DNA of 64,000 bases, taken from NCBI GenBank assembly GCA_051942205.1, contig JAVECO010000037.1, positions 62,001-126,000 of the forward strand. Reading direction: 5' to 3'. A program made the position numbers and the translations under genes. Of this stretch, positions 49,369 to 61,562 are shown in pieces. The notes under the pieces are model-generated. The model ran no database searches, was not told where the DNA came from, and saw only the letters and a program-made list of their open reading frames with translations. Numbering within the stretch: position 1 is the first letter of the stretch; every line of letters starts with the position of its first letter. This stretch comes from Coniocarpon cinnabarinum (lineage: Eukaryota).

Positions 49369-49748
49369 TCAAAAAGTAGGTAGAGGGCAGACAGTCCGGG
49401 TAAACGTGCCGGTCCCAGGTGTCGATATAACATTAAGACAAGCCTGTGACACTTTTGTCAGATACGGTCGATTTGCCGCGGAAAGAATTTCCCACTCACT
49501 TCAGAGGCTCCAAGAACCATCTCAGTCGTCGGACAAGGGCAGTCGGACAAAGTCTTGGTCGCGGTTGCATAGAAACTGGGGAAAACGCAGTATTGGGATC
49601 CGTCAATGACCGACAACGAGGCAGTGACGGGGGTCTCCTGAATTGTGCGGGTGGTCGTGCAGGCGCTGACCGAAGGTCCGGTGTATGTAGTAGCAGTAGC
49701 GAAAGCAGCAAGAGCCGTAAGTGCAGCTAGAACAGTGGATGTGAACAT
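49369..49748 (-). CDS. Small secreted Thr-rich protein with six cysteines (~107 aa)
   Basis: Signal peptide MFTSTVLAALTALAAFATA. Intron ~49444-49499 (GTGAGT...CTGAC...CAG) adds the exon ACLNVISTPGTGTFTRTVCPLPTF*. Confidence 0.8.
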
Positions 49749-51575
49749 GGTGGCGGTCGCGCTGTGCCTCAGTAAGTTACGTTGGCTCTTCAGAGAGATA
49801 ATCTACGGAGACGTGTATAAGTCGAATGTGAATGCAAGGGATCTGTAGACCTCCTTATGTAGCCGACGTTATGAACGAGGCTGAAATCACACGAGGGTGG
49901 AGCAGGTGGGAAAATAGCAATAACACGGAGATCACAGTGACACGGCTCCGCTACTGCGCGATGATCCTCATTAAGTGGAGTCCGCGGAGCCCACGGGGCT
50001 TGAGGATTGTGAAAGGACTGCGAATCGAGCTCCTTCGCATCTTCAGTCTCTTTCAGCACAGTCTAATGCAGCTTATTGCGAGTACGAAAGTGAGCCACTA
50101 GATCGCGCTTAGTGCATCGGACTCTGTGATTTCGTCATATCGATGCCTCGAGTCTGACACGGCTGTGTTTCCGAGCTGGATGTATCTTCGGCAGGCGCGA
50201 CCAAGCCCGTGACTGGAGCATACAGACAGACTGAGGTGGCGGATGGTGCATACATCACTTGACAGAGCGATCGCGTCTCGCCACGAAGTATGTAACTCGA
50301 GTGAAGTCGAGGTTCATAGCAATGTTCAACGTTATATCACGGTTAGACTCTATCATGAGCTGCCTAATCAAGTGATTTCCATAAGTCACGTGTGATAGAA
50401 GTGAGCGTTTCCCTCGCGCGTTTATTTTCTTGACCTTCACATCGTCAACAGACTCTCATAGAACATTGATGAGAACGTTGAACGTCTATTAATCATGGAA
50501 TTCTCCAGAGAATTTTGCCACACTGCCAACACATTGCATACTTCGGTACATCGCCGAGTAAGAGGCGAATATCAGCACACAAGCCAGAATGTTTGAGCCG
50601 GCACGTCTGCCGCCTCAGCCTGCATGGCTGTCACGCTTCCAAGCTGAGCTTTGACTCTACCACACTCGGAACGGTCGGCATGACCTTGAGTACATGCGAG
50701 TGACGGATTTACACACCCCGGAAACATCGATGGGTGATTTTCGATAAATGGGTGTGCCGGCATTTCGGGGAACCAGGAACGTGACCAATACAATGGCACG
50801 GCAGCCAGCGACTACCAAAAGTCTCGTCTTTGAGGTCGTTCGCCTGCATGATGAAGGTCAGACGTTACAGCACAACGACTTTTCTCTCGTGTCCTGCCTC
50901 ACATCGCTTAAAGGTACCCTAACATCATCAGATATTGCTCTCGAGGCGGGCTAATACTCGGCGCAACGGCATTGCTTGTCCTCTCATGATGTTAACAATT
51001 TAACAACATTACTAGCGGTGAAAGTAAATCTCATCAGTCTACGAAGACCAACAAGCGTGGCAAGTAGACCTGTTTGGCATTTTTTGCCTTCTGCGACTCT
51101 GCAAAGCGATGCGCGCTGCTTCAAGCACATCAAAAAGAGGATTCGTTGGCTGGTACGGACCGCTTGTGAGTACGGCTCAAATTCTAGCCAAATTGTTTGC
51201 AGCTGCGTTAGTCTCGCGAGCAAACAGTCACGAGAGGTTTTGGAAGGTTAAGCGAAGTTACAGCTCGTTGCCCTAGCACTCTAGGATGGCTCGGCCCGTT
51301 ACCGTAAACTTGGGTGCAGCCAGGACTAGCCGCGATCACACGGTTTGTACCCGAGACACTTTCCAGTTAAAGGTACTTAGTACCTGTCAACTTTCGAGCT
51401 CAGATACTGCAAACCAAATAAAGGACGTTCAGACCGTCAACGAGCACCGCTTATTCACATCGTTCCTCCAGAGTGCAAGACAAGTGCAACTGCCTCTTCT
51501 CTGCCTCGTACCATCATCCTGGCACGAACTCCCACCACTGGACTGCTGCTTGCCACTCAAGAATAGATTCCACGC

Positions 51576-52334
51576 ATGACTTCAAACCTTCCCAACAAGC
51601 TAGTCTCTAGGGACTGCAAGCAACACGAGAACCTCGGGCATTCCAAGCCCCAAGAATGGATCTCAGTCTTTCCCAAGCACGTGGAAAGAGTTCTACGCCT
51701 TGACCATGCTGGGCAAAGTCTGAAACATCATCAGAATCCAGACCAGGATCAGGGAGATAATTCGAGTACTCCAGGTAGGCAGCATTCACATTCGAAAAAA
51801 GACGAGTTATCCGGTTCTATTCATGAGGAAGACGACCAACTGCAGGAAAGCCTGCATAGTCCTGACCAACGTACAGTCAAACCTTCTCAACATTCCATGT
51901 CGGCGTCTCCATTTCCATATGATCGGTCACGATTCCCCAACGATCGACTGTTGCCCCTGAAACGACCATCACAACTCAGGAATGACGGGTCTCGTTCCCA
52001 CGAGATTGCCGAGGATCAAGTGCCGATATTTTTCCTACCTTTCAGACACGCATGGCCTCAACACGTCACCCTTCGATCCACACCACCGTCAACGTGGCGA
52101 GAGGTAGGTGTTGTATTTGGTTACGAGCTACGTTCCCAAGGGCTTCATCGTCGTCTATACCGTTCCAAAGAATCGAGTTGCATCCTCGATGGGTACGTTG
52201 TCAAGATCAACACCCAAGAAGTGGAAGCATGTATACGCGCAATGGTGCCAACTGAGGACCAATTCGAATTTTGCAATGTGCATTTCAACGATGGAACCGT
52301 CCGAACTGCGCTAACAATTTTGCGAAAGGACTGA
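51576..52334 (+). CDS. Divergent AIG2/GGCT-like domain protein, paralogue 1
   Basis: Disordered N-terminus. C-terminal FFLPF...GVVFGY...LDGYVVKI...CNVHFNDG...ALTILRKD aligns by eye with the two downstream genes. Confidence 0.65.
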   Translation: MTSNLPNKLVSRDCKQHENLGHSKPQEWISVFPKHVERVLRLDHAGQSLKHHQNPDQDQGDNSSTPGRQHSHSKKDELSGSIHEEDDQLQESLHSPDQRTVKPSQHSMSASPFPYDRSRFPNDRLLPLKRPSQLRNDGSRSHEIAEDQVPIFFLPFRHAWPQHVTLRSTPPSTWREVGVVFGYELRSQGLHRRLYRSKESSCILDGYVVKINTQEVEACIRAMVPTEDQFEFCNVHFNDGTVRTALTILRKD

Positions 52335-53730
52335 GATGGCTGATCCTTGCGCCGGATCCCTCACCGCCGCGCTGGCTTTAGGGCCAAGTGCATGACCTCT
52401 GTATTGACTTTTGCAAGAGGCCCTCCTTTCGTCTCCACAATGCGTAGGGGCGATGCCGTATCATCAACGGCTAGCGACGAATGAGCTCTTCAAAGGGGAG
52501 TGTGATGCAACGTAATCCAGCGCCGGAGGTCTACGTTACCATTACGCGTGAATTGAAGCAGCTCCTGCCTTGTCTTGAGCAATCTTACCGTGAGCTTGTT
52601 TCCGGCGAGGGTGGATACACGAGTGCTTCTTGATCCTGCAATGTTTAACGATGCTGACGTGGCTATGTCACGTTTCTTCTGAGAATTCACTCCACGGACG
52701 CAAAGACCTCAGTAGAAGATCCTGATCGGTGCATTTTCTTGCGCCTTATCTGTTCTCCCAGTCTTTTCAGCTTCCTTGAGTAAGTTTCGAATGTACATGC
52801 CTATTTGAGAATATGTTTCCGAGCACATGATTGACATACCAAAGCAAGGTATAAAAGTTTACTTTGTCATCGGTGCCAAGTCCATCCTAACCATCTCACT
52901 TTCATGCAAGTTTTTTGACTAACTAAATATCACCAAAACTCATTAATTTGCGGTAGACTTGCGCGCGCGTTCATTGCTCGGTCGTCATGGGGCCAGATGA
53001 TCACCACGAACGTCCTCCTGTGCTTCTGTGGCGTCGCCGAGAGTGCGAGCAATGCGAAGAGTTGGTCCTGTCTTTCTTATACCTTTTAGACGGGTGAGAT
53101 AGGACTGCGCAAGGGATTTGAGCCGCCTCGAAAATCCGTCGTATTACGTTTCGCGATCGCAAAAGCGCGCAAGATACAAAAGAGCATGGGCAACCCCTGC
53201 GACCACCGGTCAACTCAGGCTGATGACTAGCTCCTCAGCGTCAACAGAATTGCCTGTAGCTTGCCAGTGAGCAGGTACGCCAGTCTCTTCAAGGGTCACA
53301 GTTCCGCTCCCAAGAACCTCGTCCAGTAGAGTTACACTCTGCTGCTTCCTAACGGAAATGTGAAATATCCTCGATAATTTTCAGAGTACTAATTGATCAT
53401 TTAAGAATGAGCGGTCGTTTTACGTGTCAGGAAAAACACCAACAAGACCCAATCTCTCCTGCAACTTCATTCTCGGTGCTTCTTGGAACCTTGGAGCATA
53501 GCTGAAATGTGGACTAAACACTGAAATACACTAAGAACAGCAAAAAAACTCTATTCAGATGTTTCAAAAACTTGCCAGTCACTGTAGGTTTGCGGGAGGA
53601 ATAACCTTTGGTTTAAAGCCCGCGCCGTTGGCTCTCTTACGCTCTCTAAACGACAAAGTCAATCCTCCATCTCCGGCCACGCCAAATCCATGTGTTTAAT
53701 GAAGCTGGAGAATGCTATTTCCTGCCTGCC

Positions 53731-54402
53731 ATGAACTCTACTTTGTCAAATGACAAGGCATCTCTGATTAGCCGGCGTCCATGGCGTAGGCTGTTTCGCC
53801 TATCAGCCCGTAAAACAGTAAGCTTTGCGGCTACGCGAAACGTGTCACCTAATACTGCGCACGAAGATATATTTGCATAGGATACTGACATTCATTAGAA
53901 TCGTGCTCCAGGCTTCCGTACAATTCGACAACCTGGCGTCAGTGTCGCGTCGCATTCAAGCCAGCACGAGCAGCTTCCGGACCAGCAGCCGCCAGAAGAT
54001 CACCTATCAGAGGAACGGCACGGGCAAACAAATGAGCAGCAACAGCCTCAAGCACAAGTAGAGCAGGACTCATTTACACCATGGCTCCTTTTCCTACCCT
54101 GGGACTCATCCCGTTGGCGATCACTTGTTCCCGAACTAGACCAACCGTCCGCCACCCGCAGTGCTACTTTTGGCCATGTCAATGGATTTCGGCCACGGTG
54201 GCATAGCAAGGGCTATGTTTGCCTCAATCGATCGATTTATCCTCATGATCGGGTGTTCGGGAGCATCGTGCACATCCAGTCCCATGATGTGGAGACCAGG
54301 CTGCGTGCAAATATGATGCATGAGGACGCGTTGGAGCCTTGCAAGGTGCACACAAAGGATGGGAGAGAGATGGAAGCCTTCACCATTGTGCGTCGGGATT
54401 AG
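53731..54402 (+). CDS. Divergent AIG2/GGCT-like domain protein, paralogue 2 (196 aa; not in the ORF track)
   Basis: ATG at 53731 and phase-0 intron 53818-53898 (GTAAGC...ACTGAC...TAG). Exon 2 is open to TAG 54400-54402: LLFLPW...GHVNGF...HDRVFGSIVHI...EPCKVHTKDGREMEAFTIVRRD. Confidence 0.7.
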
Positions 54403-55079
54403 TAGCAGCCCCATGTGTGCAGATGAGCTTGAGCTCTATCTTGCTAGGTGGACGATTTCTAAATACTAAATCACTCTTCTTTTCTTTTTGCGTTTGCTGA
54501 CCCCGGTCGAACAATCTTTGCCTGTGTCTTGCGCTATAGCATCGCATCCAAACTCTATTACTGAGGGAAGTAACTACTCTAGGATATCTTGAGTCTTGAA
54601 ATAAGGATTACTTATCCATCAGCGCGTGTGCAAGAGCCGCCTGCTACGTGCAGTCTGAGACACTCAAGCTCCCGAAAGTAGCGCAAGATCCTTGCACGTT
54701 CTCCGAGCAAGAGGAACCACCATCTTCATCTGTTTACAAGCGTCACTTAGTGAGAACCGAGAATGACTGGACATATCTGGCTTCGGGTAGTAGCTTTCTC
54801 GGCTTCTCGCGAGCATGATTCGGACCTAATCCGAGCATCTATATTGACATGAACTTGCCAAGAAATAGGACAGCACATAACGATCGTTAGCTGTCTACGT
54901 GCAGTCTGTGATAATGGAGGCTTACTTGACACGTTGCTGACCTCTGCAGATATAGATTTTCTAAGTCTCAAGGTCGACAATGGCTCAGTCCACGAGCAAG
55001 ACATCCTCTGCACCTGTCTACGGATCTTGTTGATTGACGCCTCATTGTGTTACATACAGTCAGTCTGTTCTCTTGTAGG

Positions 55080-55769
55080 ATGAATTCCAACACTCAAAGT
55101 GAGCACTCTCCTTTGAATTGGCGACACAGGCCGCCTAACGAGGATCCACCGTCGGGTCCAACGCACATTAGCGCTACCACAACCACCGGCGACACCTATC
55201 TTCATAACTCTTCTGTTGCTAGCAACACTCTCAATAGACTCAGGCATCCGTTTACGAGCAGACACACCCAAAGCACCATTTCAGAAACACAGGATCAGCG
55301 TCCTCCAGGATCTAGCACCAATCTTCCCTCTCGCCTCGTGCATGAGCGTCAACAGCGATCAAGTCAGCAACAGCAGCAGCAGCGCTCAGAAACAGAACAA
55401 CAGTCAGGAGATCAAAAGCAGACGCAAAGTCACGAACAGCAACAAGAATCCGAAACATGCCACCTGTTCGTCCCATTTACCCTACGTCGCCGCTGGGAAA
55501 CACTCTCGTCCAAACCATTTGAAAGTAATCTGATGGATTGGGGCCACGTAATGGGGTTTGTGGAGCGTATTTGGGGGGGCCACACTGTATTGTATTGGAC
55601 TGGTCGACCGCACGACACAGTGATGGGGAGAGCTGCACGCATCCCGCGCCCGAGAATGGAGCGGACCGTGGATGCGATAATGATGGCAGGCGGGTCAATG
55701 CAGCCGTGCACGATGGTTACGAATGATGGTAGAGTGATCAAAGGTCGGACGATTGCGCACAAAGGCTAG
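55080..55769 (+). CDS. Divergent AIG2/GGCT-like domain protein, paralogue 3
   Basis: Q-rich N-terminus, then LFVPF...GHVMGF...HDTVMGRAARI...QPCTMVTNDGRVIKGRTIAHKG. Confidence 0.7.
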   Translation: MNSNTQSEHSPLNWRHRPPNEDPPSGPTHISATTTTGDTYLHNSSVASNTLNRLRHPFTSRHTQSTISETQDQRPPGSSTNLPSRLVHERQQRSSQQQQQQRSETEQQSGDQKQTQSHEQQQESETCHLFVPFTLRRRWETLSSKPFESNLMDWGHVMGFVERIWGGHTVLYWTGRPHDTVMGRAARIPRPRMERTVDAIMMAGGSMQPCTMVTNDGRVIKGRTIAHKG

Positions 55770-56300
55770 GGAGCATGCCTTTATTAAAGGTAGGACTACT
55801 TAGCTTTCATCCTCGTTAGGGTGACTTGATTGCACTTTTGCGTAAGTATATTGACTTTAGAATGACTTTCTCGTGACAGCCACTGCCGGATTGAGGCACC
55901 CAACCATTTGAGCTTCAGTGTTCGTCGTCAGCTCTGCAAATAATCACGAGAAAGCGCACGACATGACTATGATGAGCGCGTTCACAGTGAAAGGACAATG
56001 TTGCTGCAAATGAATGCCACCTGTGTAGTTAGAGGAATGATAGCTGGAAGATGTTCCTGAAGAGTGGAGGTTGCAACGCTTGAGATTCATGATCTATTCT
56101 GTTGATTTGATGAGGCTGATGCACGAACGTTATTGATTTTCTTCAGTGGCAAAAATATCAAACCTCAAAAGCTTGTATCGACAGAAACGCTGCGCTCATT
56201 TCACGGGATCGATGCATCAAAAACACCTCTATTGAAGTCGCAGAGTAATTCCATCTCTTCAATCGATCATTGACCTCCTCCGCCTAAGGTATCTGCCACA

Positions 56301-58649
56301 TCATAGTCCAAGCATCTCCCCCATCCACCGTAACCTCACCGCACTCACACCCCTGGCATAACTCCTCTTCGTGAAAACAAGCTCACTATACACAATTGCC
56401 TCAACTTTCCGTCCTGCCATCACACTCGCTGGATGCACCCGCACGGCCCGATTTCCTTCCACCGTGCGATATGCTCCATCTTTACAAAGCCACGCCACAT
56501 TGCCACTAAACGCAAATACAAGAAACTTCAGCAAGCCATCCGCGAGCGTCTCAGATGGATGCAACCACGCTATCCTGTCAGTATCGTCGACGCTTCCCGG
56601 TGCTTCGAGGGACTCTGCAAAATCTAGGATGGATTGCGGGAGGAGATGCAATGACACCAACATGGCGCGTAATTGTTTGCGTACTGCCATGACTGATTTC
56701 ATCGTCCGATGATTCACAAGGTGTCGCTCACACCATACTTTGCGATCAGTGTTCTCTGTGCTGTACGCGCGAATGGCTGCCAAATACGTAAGATGGTCAC
56801 CTTGACGTCGTTCAAGGCTTTTGCGCGCTTCAAGACGAGTCGCAGTCTCTTCATCGGATGCTGCGGAGGCTTCAGTGAGATTCTCGAGGGAAGTGAAGAA
56901 AGGCTCTGAGACGAGTGCTGCCACGACGTCGATAGCAGCGAGTGCCACAGAAGTTACAGGATCGTTTGTTTCTTGAGAAGTGGCTGCAGAGATGAGGACT
57001 CGACTTAGCGGTGGTGGAAGTGGGAGTCCCGCCATTTGCGATCCAATCTGTGTGATTGTACCGTCGTCACCCAGAGCGCCTAGACGGAGAAGTTGAAGAA
57101 GCGCACTCCTCAGTGATTCACGCGGAGGCGGCGAAAGAAACGGAAAATTGACGATATCGTCGATGCCACGCGCTTTCATGGTTAGCACGACACCCGCTAA
57201 CGACGTGCGCAGAATCTCAGGTGTATTGTCCTGGGCGAAATCGAGATAGCTCTGCTCAGTGTACAGACGTAAACATTTCCCTGGTCCTTCACGACCTGCT
57301 CGGCCCATGCGTTGGATAGCGGCGGATTTGGAAATTGGTTTGACGAGTAGGGAGTCAAGTCCGAGACTGCTTCGGTGCTCCTTGACTTTCACGAGGCCGT
57401 TGTCGACCACGATGCGTATACCAGGGATAGTGACAGAAGACTCAGCAATGTTAGTGGAGACGATGATTTTCCGTGCGTGCCTCGGCGTAGGGTGGAAGAC
57501 GGCTTGCTGCTGCGAGGGGCCTAGAGCGGCGTACAGCGGAAGTATCAGGAGTTTCGGTACTTGTGGAGGTAGTTCTGCGGATTTCTCGACGAGCATGGAG
57601 CAGACAGATTCGACATCCTCTTGGCCGGTCAGAAAGATGAGAATGTCGCCTGGTAAAGGTTCTTTGAGATGAAATGAAAGTGCGTGCTCAACGGCAGCGT
57701 CGTATACGTCGTCGACGGGCGCTGGTAGATAGGTCAGTTTGACTGGATGCTGGCGTCCTGGCACGTGTTCAGCTGTGACTTGACTGGCGTTTCCAGGGGG
57801 CCTCTGGTCCGTGGGTGTACATTGCGAGGGTGATTCCGCTTCATCGTCGGAAAAGCCGGACCAGGATGAGGTCGACTCGTCACTGTCCTTCACAGCTGTG
57901 TCTTGATCAGTCCTGCTTCTCCCAGAGAGACGCTCTTCGAAAAAATGCTGAATCTCGTCTGAATCGAGCGTGGCACTCATTACAACAACCTGAATCGACA
58001 GATTAGTATGTGGATCTGATAAACCAATCAGATGACCTTGGATGCAAGCATCACTCCTTACCTTCAACTCCTGGCCCCCCCTACGCCTCATCATTTCCTC
58101 CCTATCCTCCAACATTCGTCCTAACAGCCCCAGACACAAATCACCCGCCACACTCCTCTCATGCACCTCATCTAGCACCACACATGAATAAACCTTGAGC
58201 CACGGATCCCTTAACCACTCATTCACCAGCATCCCCTCCGTCAAGTACTTAACACGACACCCAGCTCCAACGTTCTGGTCAAAACGGACGGAGTAACCAA
58301 CGCGGCTTGCAGGACTCTGTTTGCCGAGTGTCGTAACCATTTCCTGGGCCACCCGCTGAGCCAAAGAGATCGCTGCGACTCGACGGGGCTGTGTGACGGC
58401 AATACGCTTGGTGCACCACGACTGCGAGAGCAAGAATTGTGGGAGCTGAGTTGATTTTCCGGAACCAGTCTCGGCGCCGAGGAGGAGGACTGAGCTGTCC
58501 CGGAGCTTTGCGGTGATGGAGTCCTGGTAGGACCATATTGGAAGGTTTTCGCGATGTGAGAGTAGTGTCCGGCGTTTGTTATTGCGCTCATTCTGGGATG
58601 CAATTTCTGGCTTACGTTTCAAACTGGGTTCTCGGAACTGCTGCTGCAT
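56301..58649 (-). CDS. DHR2: DEAH-box ATP-dependent RNA helicase, DHR2/DHX33-like
   Basis: AETGSGKSTQ, TQPRRVAA, DEVHER, MSAT, IFLTGQEDV, STNIAESSVTIPG, QRMGRAGR. It lacks the long N-termini of Prp2/16/22. Intron 57990-58061. Confidence 0.85.
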   Translation of the reverse strand: MQQQFREPSLKRKPEIASQNERNNKRRTLLSHRENLPIWSYQDSITAKLRDSSVLLLGAETGSGKSTQLPQFLLSQSWCTKRIAVTQPRRVAAISLAQRVAQEMVTTLGKQSPASRVGYSVRFDQNVGAGCRVKYLTEGMLVNEWLRDPWLKVYSCVVLDEVHERSVAGDLCLGLLGRMLEDREEMMRRRGGQELKVRSDACIQGHLIGLSDPHTNLSIQVVVMSATLDSDEIQHFFEERLSGRSRTDQDTAVKDSDESTSSWSGFSDDEAESPSQCTPTDQRPPGNASQVTAEHVPGRQHPVKLTYLPAPVDDVYDAAVEHALSFHLKEPLPGDILIFLTGQEDVESVCSMLVEKSAELPPQVPKLLILPLYAALGPSQQQAVFHPTPRHARKIIVSTNIAESSVTIPGIRIVVDNGLVKVKEHRSSLGLDSLLVKPISKSAAIQRMGRAGREGPGKCLRLYTEQSYLDFAQDNTPEILRTSLAGVVLTMKARGIDDIVNFPFLSPPPRESLRSALLQLLRLGALGDDGTITQIGSQMAGLPLPPPLSRVLISAATSQETNDPVTSVALAAIDVVAALVSEPFFTSLENLTEASAASDEETATRLEARKSLERRQGDHLTYLAAIRAYSTENTDRKVWCERHLVNHRTMKSVMAVRKQLRAMLVSLHLLPQSILDFAESLEAPGSVDDTDRIAWLHPSETLADGLLKFLVFAFSGNVAWLCKDGAYRTVEGNRAVRVHPASVMAGRKVEAIVYSELVFTKRSYARGVSAVRLRWMGEMLGL

Positions 58650-59898
58650 ATTGATGTTTGCAAGAGAATGTATATTAAAGATGAGCAGTCTGGGCAGACG
58701 ATGAGCAAAGAAAGTTGAAAGGACGATGTGGTAAATCGGCAAAAGTAGTGGCTGGCGATAGATGGCAGGAGCTATTCAGTGTCAGCGGTCACGTCGGCAT
58801 GGTGATGATGACGTGGCATGGACTTGGGTGCGGTTGCCCAAAAGGAGGTTGCCATGCGGTGGTCTTGGCACTAAGGTTACCATCATGAGCGGTGCGCTCC
58901 TTCCCTTTGGTACAAATGAGCACGCAATGCTACCTAGGTATGTAGCAGCAAGGGAAGTCCGCAGTTCAAGACGATTAGCAGAGTTCGGCAGACCATATCA
59001 CGTGCTGTCAGTCGAATTCGGATAGCGTCACGTGACATTTCGTTGAGTGAATTCAGCGTGTGTGCATTACAGGTATATGACATCTTGCAAGGCTGTTACT
59101 TGCGCAATCCTTCAGCCTACCTGAGGCCTCGGGCATAAATGTATGGCACGAGAACGCGAGGATTCGGAGCTGGCTGCAAGAATGTTCACTCATGGTCCAA
59201 AGCAGTGCAGGTTTGGCCGTGAAGATGTCTAAAGACTTCGAAGGATCGGATCCGTAAGACACGGACGTCTCCCTCTTATTGACTTGTGTTTTCTCTCTGT
59301 TTTCGTTGTCGGTGTCGCATTGCAGTGGATCCTACTTAGACTTCGCTCTTTATGAGGATCGCCTCAGTGCGCTCATCATTGCGAAGCTGCTATTGTTCAT
59401 CCGCCGTGTCGGCAACAAGGGCCAAGAAGTCCGTCGTCAGGGAAGATTCGCGGCCCAAGAACACCAACAGAATTCATGCCTGCACGAAAAGATCTCATTG
59501 GCACGTGTGATAGCGTTTTGCATGAGATGGTAGACTTCATAAATTCCGCAAACGTTCGCAGCACTTTCGATGTGCTTTAGAGCTGAGAGTTCGGCGCTGA
59601 CTACTGGCGCACACGAACGACGGAAGGAATTAGGCATCGTTACGGATGAGATGACCGTCATTGAAGTAGCTACTATGTACGCCTGTGCTTTAGAAATGAC
59701 GGATTACGGCATGACCCTAGTTAGTCTAGGGGCGGATCCTCCGGGTCCCTTCGGATGTGATGTGGGCATCCACGTCCCAACCATCGTAAGAGCGGCATCT
59801 ATCCTTCGAGTTGATATCTTCGCCAGCGCATCACAGCACCGTAACGCTGCTCAGAGGAACTTCTAGTCAGACACACGGACGCTTGCAAACTGGAAACG

Positions 59899-60743
59899 AT
59901 GGAAAAGCCCACCATCCTCTGCTTGCCAGGAGCATGCCACAGCGCTGAAATATATACCGCCACGATCGCCACGCTCCGGCAACATGGCCTTCACGCTATA
60001 GGACTGGATCTGCCTTCTGTGGGAGCTTCGCCCGCCCACAAGAATTTTGATGGGGACGTGACAGCGATCCGGGAAGCGCTTACCCAGCTCATCGTCGCCG
60101 AAGAAAAGGAAGTCGTGCTGGTCGCGCATTCTTATGCTGGCATCCCGGCAACAGAAGCTCCGGCAGGCTTGAGCCGCAACGAACGCCAACAGCAAGGTCG
60201 CAAAGGTGGTTTGATTAGACTTGTCTATATCATGGCGGTGGCGATGCCTGAAGGTTTCCAGGCTCAGCCTCCTGGCAAAGAGCAATATCCAGAATGGATG
60301 AAACTAGACCTTGAGGTACGTGAGCGTGGCGCCACGGCGCGCCTCCTGACTCGTACGCAAAACTTGCTCACCCTGATTCATAGAATGGCATCACGACGGT
60401 CGACACTAAGGACGCCAAGAACATCTTTTACAACGACATGTCGTCTGAAGAAGGCGAGAAGTGGGCAGCAAAGCTTAAACCACAAAGTCTTGGGCCATTC
60501 GCGAGCATAACCACGTTCGCAGCTTGGCGTTACGTTCCCTCAACGTTCGTGAATGCTCCGGAAGATAAAACGACGTTCACGCAGGACCTCGTCCAGCTCG
60601 TGCTCCAATCCGCGCGGGAACAACAACCTAGTGCATTCGATGTAGTCGAGACATGTGAGGGTAGCGGCCACTGTCCCATGCTCAGCCATCCAGAGTGGCT
60701 GGCAGGTGTGTTGAGACGGGCTGCCGGTGATAAGGATGCTTGA
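59899..60743 (+). CDS. Alpha/beta hydrolase (Abhydrolase_6, methylesterase-like)
   Basis: LPGACH oxyanion region, AHSYAG nucleophile elbow, EDK, and catalytic His in GHCPML. Intron 60316-60383. Confidence 0.9.
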
Positions 60744-61562
60744 GGGATGGCAGATACACTGTATGTAGGAGCTGCTGTATGGTCTGCGGAGTGATAATGA
60801 ACATTGGAAGCAAATCGAATGGCAAAATGCGCACTATTTAGGAGCGACTGCGCAACATTTTATGCGTAAGCCTTGAATGATGCGCTTGTATACAGAGGCA
60901 GATCTAGTGGATGCTCGTTTGACGACTTATTGAGCACTTCCAACTCACGCGCCTGGTCTCGCAAGAACCGTTGTTTTCAAGTTGCTGCTGTCAGATCAAG
61001 CGTGATCCAGCCTCCTAGCTGTGAAGAAAGGATCACACAACATCCTCTGGAGAAAGCACTAGGTCCTGTCTCCATAAAGATACCATACACGTCGGCGGCG
61101 ACTATTGCCTATCCTCAAGCATAACAATTTTGTCACGTGACTGGTACTAAATTGAGTCGCTCGCGGTGTGTTGGTACCGCGAGGCAGCATGTATCGCACC
61201 AGGAAGGGGCTTCACGTTATCGCGCGCCTATGCATTAGCGGCCTCGCTCGTAACGACCCCAGTAGTCTTTGGTCACCTGCTGCGGAAAAGAAACTCTCAC
61301 AACCTTGCTCGGCGCTTTTCCTCGGGCACTCTACGGGGGTTGTGCACAACTGAATGGTTAGCAGTCATACATACTTTGTGTAGTACTCGAGAGTGATGTG
61401 TACCGAGGTACATGTCGCTCGCAGTGTTCCTTAGCCAATTCTGAAATCCCTGCGGTTTCTTCGCTTTGTGGAGGTACGCCGATTCAAGCAGATATAGCAC
61501 CTCGTGCTCTGCTCTTTCGCTCGTGTTCGGAAACCACATCGGGTTCAAGCATGCTCGTGTTA

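Noticed and set aside
55968..56060. Possible box C/D snoRNA (ATGATGA ... CTGA, ~90 nt)
   Set aside because: No terminal stem or recognisable rRNA-complementary guide; such boxes occur by chance.
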